IMG/VR virus record: IMGVR_UViG_3300045988_042951
Origin: a virus
Length of the DNA: 62,240 bases
Reading direction: 5' to 3' (one strand)
Numbering within the stretch: position 1 is the stretch's first letter; each line of letters begins with the position of its first letter. Under the pieces are notes generated by a model. That model had not been told where the DNA came from. It made no database searches and saw nothing but the letters and a program-made list of their open reading frames with translations. A program made the position numbers and the translations under genes. Shown here in pieces: positions 42,548 to 52,703 of the stretch.

Positions 42548-45500
42548 GTGGCAGAGATAGACATCTTGGAGATAAAACTTCAAGCGAACGCCCAAAAAGC
42601 AAACACGGCGATAGATAGTCTCATAACCAAGCTTGGCAACCTTGCAACATCACTTGGACGTGTTAATGGTTCAGAACTTAATACGTTGTCAATGAACGTC
42701 ACTAACCTAAGTACGTCCATGAGAGCCATTAACGATGTAGGCACGGCAAGCTTTACAAGACTTGCGAAAAACATCGGAAAGATAGCAAGCGTGGACAGTT
42801 CAGCACTTAATACGGTTGCAGGCTCACTTAATTCCACAGCTAGTGCGTTTAACCAGTTTACAGCGGTGTCTGAAAATGCGGCGCAGATTGGTGAAGTCGC
42901 TAAGAACATAGCAAAGCTTGGCAACAAGAGCGTTCAAGCCTCAATTACGAATATGCCGCAGTTGGCGACTTCACTCACAAACTTACTCACAACGCTTGCA
43001 GGCGCACCGACAGTAAGCAATAACGTCATTCAGATGACTAACGCATTGGCAAATTTAGCCAGTCAAGGTTCAAGGGTAGGTTCTGCTTCACGGACAATCC
43101 AAAGGAGCCTAAATGGCGTTCACAGAAGCGCACAGACGGCAACTAAAAGCACATGGTCACTAGCTAAGGCGTTCGGTAAGTTTTATGCGTCATACTTTAT
43201 GGTTGTGCGTGGCGCCAAGGGCTTGTGGAAATCCATCGAAAGCACCACAGACTACATCGAGGCATTTAACTACTATGCAGTTGCATTTGGCAAAATCGGT
43301 TCTGAATGGGGCAAAGACTTTGAAAAGTTTGGCTATGACAATGCCACTGATTATGCGAACAGCTTTTCGGACAGAGTAAGTGCGTTGCTTGGTAAGCTTT
43401 CAGGACTGCAGGTTGATGTTGAGGGCGGTTTGCTCACAGCAGACGGCGCAAAAAACTTAGGCTTGAATATTCAAGAGGTTACGGAGTTTGCGTCACAGCT
43501 TGCTTCGGTGACTAATTCACTTGGACAGACAGGAGAGACAACCACGGCGGTAGCAAAGTCAATGACAATGCTTGCAGGCGATATAAGCTCTCTTTTCAAC
43601 ATAGACTATACATCCGTAGCCACCAACATACAAAGTGGCTTAATCGGTCAATCAAGGGCATTGTACAAGTATGGTATTGATATTACCAATGCCACATTGC
43701 AGACATACGCTTACAACTTAGGTGTTGAAAAATCCATAAGCGAAATGACGCAGATGGAAAAGCAGCAGTTAAGAGTACTTGCTATACTTGACCAGTCTAA
43801 GGTTTCATGGGGTGATTTGTCTAACACAATAAACAGTCCAAGTAACATGATTAGGCAATTCAACACAAACGTCAAAGAGACAGGCATGGTATTAGGGCAG
43901 ATTTTTATACCTGTCCTTCAAAAGGTTATGCCTGTTGTTAATGGTGTGACAATCGCTATTAAGCGTATGCTTGTGAGCTTTGCGGCGCTTATGGGTGTCA
44001 AGATTGATTTTGACGCTTTCGGGCAAAATGGCTATAAGGACACCACGGACGGCTTAGAGGATATGGCAGACGGCTATGATAGCGTGGCAGATGCGGCTAA
44101 AAACGCACAAAAGGGTGTTCGTGGATTTGATGAGCTTGAAAACAGAACCACAGGAACAAGTAAAAGCGGTACTTCCACCGGTACAGGCGATACGATTGAC
44201 CTCACGGACGAGATTGTTAAGGCTACGGAAGAATACGAAAAAGTATGGAATGAAGCCTTTGATAAGATGGAGAATAAAGCTGAGGCATGGGCAGATAAAA
44301 TAGTCAAGGCTCTATTTCCAGTTAAAAGTATTTTTAAAAATTTCGTTGCTGGAGATTTCTTTGCAGCAGGACAAGATACATCATCACTTGTCAGTGGTTT
44401 ATTCAACTGGGTTGCTGACGCAATAGACAATGTTCCTTGGTTTACAATCGGCAGAAATGTAGGAAAATACCTTGCCGGACTTGATTGGACGGAGATATTA
44501 AAATCAGCGGCTAAGGTTTTATGGGAAGGTTTCAAGGGTGCATTGGAGTTTTATGCCGGAATGTTCACAGCCGCACCGCTGGAAACAGTTGTTGTATCGT
44601 TCATGGCTATGCCGGGATTGCTTAAAGCTATCACAGCAAGTAAGTTCGTGACAGGCGTTAAGAAACTTTGGTCAAATTTCAAGGCTTTTGGAACGGTTGT
44701 TAATAATACAGCCCTTGCGCTTTCGGGCGATGCGGCAGCAACAGCCACACTTACTACTATGTTTCCTAATCTTTCGTCCAAGGTAGCAGCGGTCAAAACA
44801 GCGTTCACGAATTTAGCAACTTCCATTCAAAACAAAGGCTTATGGAGAGGTATTAATGACAGCATAACATCGCTGAGAAACAACCTTACAGGCTTTCAGA
44901 AAGGACTTATTGGTGTTGCGTCAACAGCAATAGAGTTCGCGGTGCTCAAAGATGCGTTCAATGACCTCACTGTTGGTAGTGACAATATGCTATTGTCCAT
45001 TGGCAAGATTGCCGGAGTTAGTGCGGCGGCAGCTGGTGCAATGTATCTTGCTTTCGGACCGGCAGGTATCGCAATAGCAGGAATAACTGGCGTGGTTGCA
45101 GCTATAAGCGGAATTAAAAAAGGCTTAGATGAAGTAGAACAAAGCTCGATGATTTCAGCACTTTCTATAGAGGGAGGAGCTACGCTTGAAGAGTTTAACC
45201 AAAAAGCAACCAGCACATTTGATAATGTAAAAGAAAAAGCAGAAGAAACAACTCAAAAAATATCTGAAATTGACACTGTAAAAAGCAATATTGCCGATAC
45301 TGTTGAAAGCATTGGAACAATATATACAGCCGTTGAAAGCGGAGCTAAGAATGTCGAAGATGAAATACCAAGATTTAAGTCTGCGTTCGAGCAACTTAAA
45401 ACCGACACCGAAAGTGTTTTAAAACAGGAATACGATGTAATTGTTGGATATATACTTGGAGCGGTTTCAGATACGACAGAAGTACTTGGAGGTGAAACAC

Positions 45501-47185
45501 CGAAAGCTGTTGCTGACGCATTGGGCGAATTGTATGGCGTGCAAGAAAATATGCTTAGTTCTCTTAGCGATACAAAAGCAGAGTATGATAAACTGGTAGC
45601 CGCATTGGATAACGGTGAAATTTCTCTAGAAGAGTTTGTAAATCAAGCCGCACCACTGGCAGATAAGCTTTCACTAACAGGAGAAAAAGCAGAAGATGCG
45701 GCTGATAAAATTGCTGCATACGGTGAGGCACTTGACTTATCTAAATATGTATCAGAAAGTGGTTTTGATGCTGAAAGTTTTTCGTCTGATATAGATGCTG
45801 TAGTTCAATCAGCACAAGAGGGCATAGACGCAGTGAAAAACGCCAACAATGCTTTTAATGATACTTTCGATAGTTGGATGACAAATGCGGAAAAGCAAGG
45901 TGAAACAGTAAGCAAAAAAACGCAAAGTATAATTGATAAGTATGTGGGAGAAGATAGAGATAAGAATCTTCAAGAAATAAATGATGCTTATACAGAATAT
46001 GCAAATGCTGTTCAATATGGCTTGCTCGAACAATTACCATCTGTAGTCGAAAATGCAACATCAGGCTACGAAAACTTGAATTGGTGGTCGAAATTATTTA
46101 CCACCAAAGAAGAGTATGTTAGCAATGTTATTGGCAAGTGGGAAAAAGAAGTTTTGTCTCCTGCAAACGAGGCAATCCAAGGTGGCTTTAACCAACTTGG
46201 TATTGACAATAGCCCTTTTGCAGAAGAAGCGGCAAAAAAATTAGTCGGAACACTTTTTGATACAACCACAACAATGAGCTATGAAGGCGTTGAACTGACA
46301 ACTACAACATTGCGTTCTGATTGGGCGGAAGCTCTTACTAATGCTTTAGGAGGACTGAAATCAATAGTTAACCCTGAGCAATACGGAGAAGATACGACAG
46401 AAGGCTTCAACAACGGAATCAAAGATAATATAAGCACCTCAAAGTCAGCTATTGATAAATGGATGGAATCCATTGACGAATATATTCATGATAGTGTTAT
46501 GAGGTATGGTTCACCGTCTAAAAAAGCCAAACAATACGGTTTATGGACGGTGCAAGGGTTTACAGAAGGAATTGCAAGCAATACTTTTTTGGCTAACAAC
46601 TCAATAAATAGAATGTTTGCTGGAGTTCTTAATCAGTTTTCAAGCAAAATACCATTGTTTAAGCCGATTGGCGTTCAAGTGATGTCTGGCTTCCTTAATG
46701 GCTTGACCTCAATGGAACAGTCAGTATACAGCAAGGCAGACGAGATAGCCAAGAACGTAGCAAAGACTATCCAATCAGCCCTTGACATTCACTCACCATC
46801 AAGAGTTATGTTTGAACTTGGTGCCTACACCACAGAGGGCTTCAAAGATGGTATGGAGAGCCTTTATGAAGCAACGCAGTTGTCAGCAAAGGATTTTGGC
46901 TTTGGTGTTGTCGAAGCTGTACACCCACAGCAGCTGTATAGTGACTATATGAGCAGTACACCGGCTGTTAGCCCTATGGCAAGTACTGCAACGCAGAATT
47001 ATTACAATTCCAACACAAGCGTTGACAATGCAGAAACTAATGCACTGTTGAGAGAGCAGAACCAGTTGTTGCAGCGTATTCTTGCAAAGGAATACGGCAT
47101 AAGCAAAGACGATATAGGAAAAGCGTCAAGAGATTATGCAAGAGACTATTTCAGGCGCACAGGGCGAGACGCTTATACATTTTAA
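42548..47185 (+). CDS. tail tape measure protein
   Basis: 1545 aa, Ala/Ser/Thr-rich helical repeats with hydrophobic segments, downstream of G/G-T. Confidence 0.9.
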   Translation: MAEIDILEIKLQANAQKANTAIDSLITKLGNLATSLGRVNGSELNTLSMNVTNLSTSMRAINDVGTASFTRLAKNIGKIASVDSSALNTVAGSLNSTASAFNQFTAVSENAAQIGEVAKNIAKLGNKSVQASITNMPQLATSLTNLLTTLAGAPTVSNNVIQMTNALANLASQGSRVGSASRTIQRSLNGVHRSAQTATKSTWSLAKAFGKFYASYFMVVRGAKGLWKSIESTTDYIEAFNYYAVAFGKIGSEWGKDFEKFGYDNATDYANSFSDRVSALLGKLSGLQVDVEGGLLTADGAKNLGLNIQEVTEFASQLASVTNSLGQTGETTTAVAKSMTMLAGDISSLFNIDYTSVATNIQSGLIGQSRALYKYGIDITNATLQTYAYNLGVEKSISEMTQMEKQQLRVLAILDQSKVSWGDLSNTINSPSNMIRQFNTNVKETGMVLGQIFIPVLQKVMPVVNGVTIAIKRMLVSFAALMGVKIDFDAFGQNGYKDTTDGLEDMADGYDSVADAAKNAQKGVRGFDELENRTTGTSKSGTSTGTGDTIDLTDEIVKATEEYEKVWNEAFDKMENKAEAWADKIVKALFPVKSIFKNFVAGDFFAAGQDTSSLVSGLFNWVADAIDNVPWFTIGRNVGKYLAGLDWTEILKSAAKVLWEGFKGALEFYAGMFTAAPLETVVVSFMAMPGLLKAITASKFVTGVKKLWSNFKAFGTVVNNTALALSGDAAATATLTTMFPNLSSKVAAVKTAFTNLATSIQNKGLWRGINDSITSLRNNLTGFQKGLIGVASTAIEFAVLKDAFNDLTVGSDNMLLSIGKIAGVSAAAAGAMYLAFGPAGIAIAGITGVVAAISGIKKGLDEVEQSSMISALSIEGGATLEEFNQKATSTFDNVKEKAEETTQKISEIDTVKSNIADTVESIGTIYTAVESGAKNVEDEIPRFKSAFEQLKTDTESVLKQEYDVIVGYILGAVSDTTEVLGGETPKAVADALGELYGVQENMLSSLSDTKAEYDKLVAALDNGEISLEEFVNQAAPLADKLSLTGEKAEDAADKIAAYGEALDLSKYVSESGFDAESFSSDIDAVVQSAQEGIDAVKNANNAFNDTFDSWMTNAEKQGETVSKKTQSIIDKYVGEDRDKNLQEINDAYTEYANAVQYGLLEQLPSVVENATSGYENLNWWSKLFTTKEEYVSNVIGKWEKEVLSPANEAIQGGFNQLGIDNSPFAEEAAKKLVGTLFDTTTTMSYEGVELTTTTLRSDWAEALTNALGGLKSIVNPEQYGEDTTEGFNNGIKDNISTSKSAIDKWMESIDEYIHDSVMRYGSPSKKAKQYGLWTVQGFTEGIASNTFLANNSINRMFAGVLNQFSSKIPLFKPIGVQVMSGFLNGLTSMEQSVYSKADEIAKNVAKTIQSALDIHSPSRVMFELGAYTTEGFKDGMESLYEATQLSAKDFGFGVVEAVHPQQLYSDYMSSTPAVSPMASTATQNYYNSNTSVDNAETNALLREQNQLLQRILAKEYGISKDDIGKASRDYARDYFRRTGRDAYTF

Positions 47186-47205
47186 ATTTAACTAAAACAA
47201 TAGTT

Positions 47206-47235
47206 CCCCAGCAGATTATGTTTGCTGGGGTTTTC
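47206..47235 (+). terminator. rho-independent terminator directly after the tape measure gene
   Basis: CCCCAGC-N11-GCTGGGG followed by TTTT. Confidence 0.8.
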
Positions 47236-47270
47236 TATTTAAAAAATCATCAACAGAAAGGAATGATACT

Positions 47271-47927
47271 ATGTTAGTAGAAACAAGAAAAATCGGTAAA
47301 AGCAAAGAGGTAACTGTTGTTAGTAGTCTTGATGTAGCGGAGACTTTCGAGAAAGACCATAAGCATGTTCTTGAAGATATAAGAAGAATATGCGATAGTT
47401 TAAGTACAGCCGAATTTTCGGCTCTATTCTATGAAAGCGATTACGTTGCATCAAACGGCAAGAAAAATCCAATGTACCTTATGAACCGAGACGGCTTTAC
47501 GCTTTTGGTAATGGGCTATACAGGTGAAAAGGCTATGAAGTTTAAGCTGGCTTATATCAATCAGTTTAATGCGATGGAACAGCTTCTTACAGGAAAACTA
47601 ATTGAGCGTGAAAAGGGCATTGCAGTAAGACAGTCACTCACTAAGGCTATCCAGCAGTCAAATGAGAATGAGCGTATGCACGGACACGCTTATTCTACAT
47701 ATACCGACATTATTTACAAAGTGATATTCGGCAAAACAGCAAAGCAGTTAAGGGAAGAATACGGCATTGACAAAAAGACTAATTTAAGAGACTGCTTTAC
47801 GGCTGAGGAGCTTGCGAAAGTCCAGTCCATAGAAATGATTGTCAGCGGTCTTGTAAATTGCGGCTGGGGATATGATGATATAAAGAACTTCATCACCAAT
47901 CCGACCAAGAAATTACTTGTAGCATGA
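47271..47927 (+). CDS. Rha-family phage regulatory protein (copy 1)
   Basis: VVSSLDVAETFEKDHKHVLEDIRR...NPMYLMNRDGFTLLVMGYTGEKAMKFKLAYINQFNAME. Confidence 0.8.
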   Translation: MLVETRKIGKSKEVTVVSSLDVAETFEKDHKHVLEDIRRICDSLSTAEFSALFYESDYVASNGKKNPMYLMNRDGFTLLVMGYTGEKAMKFKLAYINQFNAMEQLLTGKLIEREKGIAVRQSLTKAIQQSNENERMHGHAYSTYTDIIYKVIFGKTAKQLREEYGIDKKTNLRDCFTAEELAKVQSIEMIVSGLVNCGWGYDDIKNFITNPTKKLLVA

Positions 47928-47991
47928 ATTGACACGCCTCCCATAAAGTAGTAGTATTAAGTCACTACACAAATATGGGAGGTATTGTTAT

Positions 47992-48240
47992 ATGGAAGAA
48001 AAAACTACTAAAACCGACAATCAAAGCAAAGACAGTGAGGATATTAAAATAAATGTAATATCCATACTGCTTGGTTTAGCTTTTTTGTTAGGTGTATTTT
48101 TGGCTTTAACTGGCAGATTTATGATTTTATTGTGGATAATAGGCATTTTTTTAAGCCTGTTTTGCTTATTTTTGGGTATAAGACTTTGCTTTGATGTCCA
48201 CGCAATCAGAAAGCACTTTGAAAGCAAGGAGGGCAGATAA
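47992..48240 (+). CDS. small membrane protein
   Basis: Two TM helices (ISILLGLAFLLGVFLAL, ILLWIIGIFLSLFCLFLGI). Confidence 0.6.
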   Translation: MEEKTTKTDNQSKDSEDIKINVISILLGLAFLLGVFLALTGRFMILLWIIGIFLSLFCLFLGIRLCFDVHAIRKHFESKEGR

Positions 48241-48242
48241 TT

Positions 48243-49691
48243 ATGAAAGCACTTAAAGTTGGAGTGGTTGTTTTATCTGTCACTTTAATGGTTTGCGGTT
48301 GCAATAGTCCTCAGGATAATGCAGAGACAACTATACCGGCAGAAACAACTACAGAACTACTAACGGAAAAAGCTTCTGAAAATGTTCCTAAAACAGTAAA
48401 TGAGACAACTACGGAAAGTAAAAACATTGAAACCGAAAGTAAGGCAGGAGAATACATAGACGGATTTGAAGTAGCTGATTATGATAAATTTAATTCTTAT
48501 GCGTCAGAAAATGGGCTTGACGGAACTTATGTGTATATTGAAGGTAAAGTTTTAAATCAAACAAAGTTAGCCGACACGGAATTCCCGATTATTTCATTAA
48601 CTGTCGAGCAGGAAGATGGCAACAGATGGAGCGTAGCGTTTGTATCTGAAGAAAAATTGGATATTTCAGAAAAAAATGTAAGAGCATTTGGCATGTATGC
48701 CGGGTATTCTGATGTAGTAAATCTGCCTGTCATAAATATATTAACTGAAGATTTAGATAAAATAGATAAAGTAAGGATTGAAGCACTAGAAAATGAAAAA
48801 TGGATAAATATTTATACTTATGCCGACTACCTGAAAACTCAACCTATTGTCGGTAAACTTTATGACGGCGAATTGACGACAAGGACAATACAAGATATTT
48901 GTTTTGATATCCCAATAGTGTTTCAAGATGAAGTAAGTCAAGAAGGAGATTGGACATATTTTTATTATGAGGATATAATGCTTGCAATTAATAGCAGAGT
49001 TGATGTTGATGGTATAAGTGATAGTTTTATTGAAAATAGTGATGAGTTTGTAGACGGAATGTTAAAAGCTGCTACGGATTCTATGCTTATAGAAAAAAAT
49101 AATATACAGATAAACACAGGTGATGCTATAAAAGTTAAGATGGAATATACAATAGATGGTGAAAGGTATCTTTGCGATTCTCTTAATTTTATGTATAATG
49201 GCTATTATTACAGTTTTGGACTTTTAAGAAGTGTTTATACGCCGTATGACTATTCAGAAGATTTCACAGATCTTACTAAATCGATAAGGGCTAATAGTGT
49301 TTTGGCAGATAAAGAAGAACAAACAAAGCAATCAACTAATGAAAACATAGTTTATGAGGATGAATACATAAGAGTGGAATATAACGGTGTTGAAAAAACG
49401 AGATATAGCGATGGCAGCTATGATATAATCGTCACAGTAGAGAACTTGACAGACCAAAGTATGACAGTGCAAGCAAGAGAAATGTCTATAAACGGTTACA
49501 TGGTTGACCCAATTTATTCTTGTGACATTGCGGCTGGAAAGAAGTCTAAGGAGGGAATGAGGATAAGTTCCGACAACGCAAAGGATTGTCCAATATCTGA
49601 TATTGAAAATATTGAGACAAGATTTATTTGTTATGGTTCTGGATTTAATTCACTAGAAAAGACAGAACCTATTGTGTTATATCAGAAATAA
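48243..49691 (+). CDS. putative surface lipoprotein (482 aa)
   Basis: Signal peptide MKALKVGVVVLSVTLMVCGC with lipobox-like Cys, Thr/Glu-rich linker, beta-rich body. Confidence 0.6.
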   Translation: MKALKVGVVVLSVTLMVCGCNSPQDNAETTIPAETTTELLTEKASENVPKTVNETTTESKNIETESKAGEYIDGFEVADYDKFNSYASENGLDGTYVYIEGKVLNQTKLADTEFPIISLTVEQEDGNRWSVAFVSEEKLDISEKNVRAFGMYAGYSDVVNLPVINILTEDLDKIDKVRIEALENEKWINIYTYADYLKTQPIVGKLYDGELTTRTIQDICFDIPIVFQDEVSQEGDWTYFYYEDIMLAINSRVDVDGISDSFIENSDEFVDGMLKAATDSMLIEKNNIQINTGDAIKVKMEYTIDGERYLCDSLNFMYNGYYYSFGLLRSVYTPYDYSEDFTDLTKSIRANSVLADKEEQTKQSTNENIVYEDEYIRVEYNGVEKTRYSDGSYDIIVTVENLTDQSMTVQAREMSINGYMVDPIYSCDIAAGKKSKEGMRISSDNAKDCPISDIENIETRFICYGSGFNSLEKTEPIVLYQK

Positions 49692-49747
49692 GCAGAAGGG
49701 AGCTGAAAAGCTCCTTTTTGTTTGCAAAAAATTTTTTAAAAAAGGGA

Positions 49748-49776
49748 TTGACTTGTTACATGTAACACTGTATAAT
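49748..49776 (+). promoter_or_regulatory. consensus sigma-A-type promoter TTGACT-17-TATAAT with palindrome GTTACATGTAAC in the spacer
   Basis: Read directly. Followed by GTAACTCGTAAC and the RBS AAGGAGGTGA. Confidence 0.75.
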
Positions 49777-49830
49777 GTAACTCGTAACAAGGAGGTGAGA
49801 AAAATAGCACCAGAAAGCAGAGCCGATTAT

Positions 49831-49977
49831 ATGAAAGAGCGACGCAAAAAGACAAGGAATTTTAGTGTTGAACTTGATAAGGAAAAGTTTGATAAGTTAG
49901 AGGAAAAACTTTCCAAAAAAGGCATTACTAAAAAGAAATGGCTTAATGATAAGGTCGACGAAGAAATCGGAGATTAA
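49831..49977 (+). CDS. small basic ribbon-helix-helix-like protein (start uncertain)
   Basis: MKERRKKTRNFSVELDKEKFDKLEEKLSKKGITKKKWL. The strong RBS at 49790-49799 is followed by ATA/GTG rather than ATG, so a non-ATG start upstream is possible. Confidence 0.45.
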   Translation: MKERRKKTRNFSVELDKEKFDKLEEKLSKKGITKKKWLNDKVDEEIGD

Positions 49978-50116
49978 ACAAAAGAAGCGGTTGCAAATGT
50001 TTTGACCGACATGCAACCACTTCCCAATCACCAATCCGCAAAGGAATTGATAAGCATATTCTATCATTCCTTTGCGGAGAAATCAAGAGGTTTTACACAG
50101 AAAGGAATGGTATGAT

Positions 50117-50356
50117 ATGGCAAGAATTAACTGGAGAGAAGAATTTGACAAGGTAGACGAGGAAAACATGAGACTGCTTTGCGAGTGCAGGAAAGAGCAG
50201 TTGAGAAAAATCATTATGCAGGTTGTCTTGGATTGCGATAACGAGAAGTACTTAGACAATATCGCGGTTTTCGCCGCCGCTATGAATGACAAGAGCGTAA
50301 GGCGTGTCATGGGCGGCTATGAACTTACCTCAAAAGGAAAGGCAGGTGTTGCATAA
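50117..50356 (+). CDS. hypothetical protein
   Basis: ATG 50117 follows AAAGGAATGG. Confidence 0.45.
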   Translation: MARINWREEFDKVDEENMRLLCECRKEQLRKIIMQVVLDCDNEKYLDNIAVFAAAMNDKSVRRVMGGYELTSKGKAGVA

Positions 50357-51048
50357 TGGCAGAGCTTGTAAAGATTGAGGGAACAGAGCTGGCAATCCGT
50401 GAGTACAACGGACAGAGAGTTGTCACATTCAAGGATATTGACACAGCACACCATAATAAAGATGGAATTACAAGAAGAAGTTTTAGTAGAAATAAAAAGC
50501 ACTTTATAGAAGGTGAAGATTATTTTGTTTTAAACAAGGCAAATTCTAATGGGACAAATTGTCCCATTAGAAATATCACTATTCCCAATAAGGGGATAAC
50601 AGTATTAACGGAAAGCGGTTATTTGCTTATAGCAAAATCATTTACCGATGACTTATCATGGCAGGTACAGCGACAGCTTGTCAACGCATACTTCAAGGCT
50701 AAGGCACAGCCGCAGACAGCGGTTGCACCGGTGCAGGTTGAGGACACCAAGTACAACACAAGCAATACGCTGGTACCTAAGGTCAAGAGCTGGTATATCC
50801 GCAACAGAAGCAACCTTGAATGGGTTGCATATAAGACGAATTGTAAGCTTTCATACGTTTGCCATAGGCTCTTGAAGCGCATAGGCGAAGAGTATGACTT
50901 AGATGCGGCAAAGAAGATATACGAGGAAGAAACAGGACATGCACCGCAGTACCCACTTGATGTTGTGGACTATTTCCCTCAATTATCAGCAATGGCTACA
51001 TGGTGGTTGAATGACCTGATTAAAGTAATTGAGGAAGAAAATAAATGA
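50356..51048 (+). CDS. ORF6N-domain antirepressor-like protein
   Basis: IREYNGQRVVTFKDIDTAHHNKDGITRRSFSRNKKHFIEGEDYF. Confidence 0.65.
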   Translation: MAELVKIEGTELAIREYNGQRVVTFKDIDTAHHNKDGITRRSFSRNKKHFIEGEDYFVLNKANSNGTNCPIRNITIPNKGITVLTESGYLLIAKSFTDDLSWQVQRQLVNAYFKAKAQPQTAVAPVQVEDTKYNTSNTLVPKVKSWYIRNRSNLEWVAYKTNCKLSYVCHRLLKRIGEEYDLDAAKKIYEEETGHAPQYPLDVVDYFPQLSAMATWWLNDLIKVIEEENK

Positions 51049-51187
51049 AAAGATGGCACCCCGGAAATGGGGTGCTGTTTTTTGTAAGCAATTTTTAATG
51101 GGACAATTTGTCCCTTTTAAGCATTGCAAAGGTATGTACGTTAAACGTACTTTTAAAATGTATTGTTTGATGAAAGGAGCATAAGCG

Positions 51188-51409
51188 ATGGAAAATTCAA
51201 GAATTGAAATCAAAACAGACGGAGCTTTTTCGCAGATATTGATTGACGGCAAGAAACTCAATGGTGTAAGGAACTATAAGTTAGAACATGCGGCAGGCGA
51301 AGCGCCAACATTAACACTAGACCTCAACGCATTTGATTTAACCGTTGATGGGCAAATGCTATTGATGCAGAAGGGTGTCGGTGAGATTGATGTGAGTATA
51401 AAGGGGTAG
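51188..51409 (+). CDS. hypothetical protein
   Basis: ATG after AAAGGAGCATAAGCG. Confidence 0.5.
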   Translation: MENSRIEIKTDGAFSQILIDGKKLNGVRNYKLEHAAGEAPTLTLDLNAFDLTVDGQMLLMQKGVGEIDVSIKG

Positions 51410-51429
51410 CTGATAACTACCCCACAGTT

Positions 51430-51630
51430 TTAGCCCGAAATGCTTTCAGGAGCATTTGAAGCAATAGGACATTGAGGTAAATCACAATCATTGCCACAGC
51501 TAGTATAATCGCAACTTGCAATACCTTTGGCATACTCAAAGCGTTCGGTTGTTGAAGCGTTGATGTAATTAACTCTAATCGAATAGTCCTTGTTTTGGGT
51601 CGGGCAAAAACCATATACTCTTTTGTACAT
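51430..51630 (-). CDS. small Cys-rich hypothetical protein (66 aa)
   Basis: The minus strand reads GAGAGGAGGTGTATT-ATG, giving MYKRVYGFCPTQNKDYSIRVNY...CDYTSCGNDCDLPQCPI. Confidence 0.6.
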   Translation of the reverse strand: MYKRVYGFCPTQNKDYSIRVNYINASTTERFEYAKGIASCDYTSCGNDCDLPQCPIASNAPESISG

Positions 51631-51698
51631 AATACACCTCCTCTCAACGGAGATTGTAACACGAAAATAATTAAAATCCACTTTTACGATTTACTATA

Positions 51699-51776
51699 CT
51701 AAAATCTGTGTACATTCTGTAAACAAAGCGTAACCTAGATTAGATAAGATAAGTATAGTATAGATAAGATTAATAT
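51699..51776 (+). repeat. dispersed ~75-nt repeat, copy B (upstream of the lysin/tail-tip genes)
   Basis: CTAAAATCTGTGTACATTCTGTAAACAAAGCGTAACCTAGATTAGATAAGATAAGTATAGTATAGATAAGATTAATATG. It matches 25899-25970. Confidence 0.8.
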
Positions 51777-51901
51777 GTATATATATTATATATAAATATA
51801 TATATTAATAAATACAGTAAATTATATAGATAATATAAAGGGCAGTCCGTGTGGGCTGTCTTTTTTATTAGATAAAATTAGACACATGGAGGGATAAGAC
51901 T

Positions 51902-52654
51902 ATGAATATCGGTAACAGAGTATTTGCAGTTCAAGGCTATGTTGTGACGCAGACATACGCACAGCACGTTGAAGCTGTCAAGGGCGGCGGTTATGCACAG
52001 GGAGTTGACCTTGTGCCACAGAAGGACAACAGATACATTCAGAGCAATATTGTGGCTCATTCGGACGGCACAGTGCTTTATGCAGGCAATGGTGACGGCT
52101 ATGGCAATGCGGTGTGGATATTACACAATGACAACTATGTGACTGGATACGGACATATGAGAGAGCTTAGGGTTAAGACAGGTGACAAGGTTAAGCGTGG
52201 CGATGTGATTGGTGTTGTCGGCAACACAGGCCATTCAACAGGTATTCATCTTCATTTTGAAGTGCGCAAGTACAAGAAGCCCTACACTGTCAACGCTGGT
52301 GATTTCTGGGGCGTAAACTCTTTTATGAACACTTCAAAGTTTGACTGGGTAGACCCGACACCTTATATTAACGCTGATTTGCCTAATCAGACACCTAAGG
52401 TCGAAGCAAGCACCGATAAGTACTATCGTGTGCAGGTTGGAGCTTTCGAGAACAAGGCTTATGCAGTGAATATGGCAAGAGGCGTGCGCTCCAAGGGATT
52501 TGATACAATAATCAAGTATTACGAGGGCAACTACCATGTACAGGTTGGAGCATACGAAGCGTACTGGCGCGCCGTGGCTATGAAAGCAAGACTGATTGCG
52601 GCGGGCTATAAAACATTCATTACAAATAAGGCAGGGCAGGACATAGCATTTTAG
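51902..52654 (+). CDS. endolysin: M23 (LytM-type) peptidase with C-terminal SPOR domain
   Basis: GNTGHSTGIHLHFEV (HxH) and upstream GVDL. C-terminal YYRVQVGAFENKAYA...YHVQVGAYEAYWRAVAMKARL SPOR repeats. Confidence 0.8.
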   Translation: MNIGNRVFAVQGYVVTQTYAQHVEAVKGGGYAQGVDLVPQKDNRYIQSNIVAHSDGTVLYAGNGDGYGNAVWILHNDNYVTGYGHMRELRVKTGDKVKRGDVIGVVGNTGHSTGIHLHFEVRKYKKPYTVNAGDFWGVNSFMNTSKFDWVDPTPYINADLPNQTPKVEASTDKYYRVQVGAFENKAYAVNMARGVRSKGFDTIIKYYEGNYHVQVGAYEAYWRAVAMKARLIAAGYKTFITNKAGQDIAF

Positions 52655-52703
52655 CACCTATCACTGATAGGTGCTTTTATTATGCCTCGGAAAGGCGGTA
52701 ACA

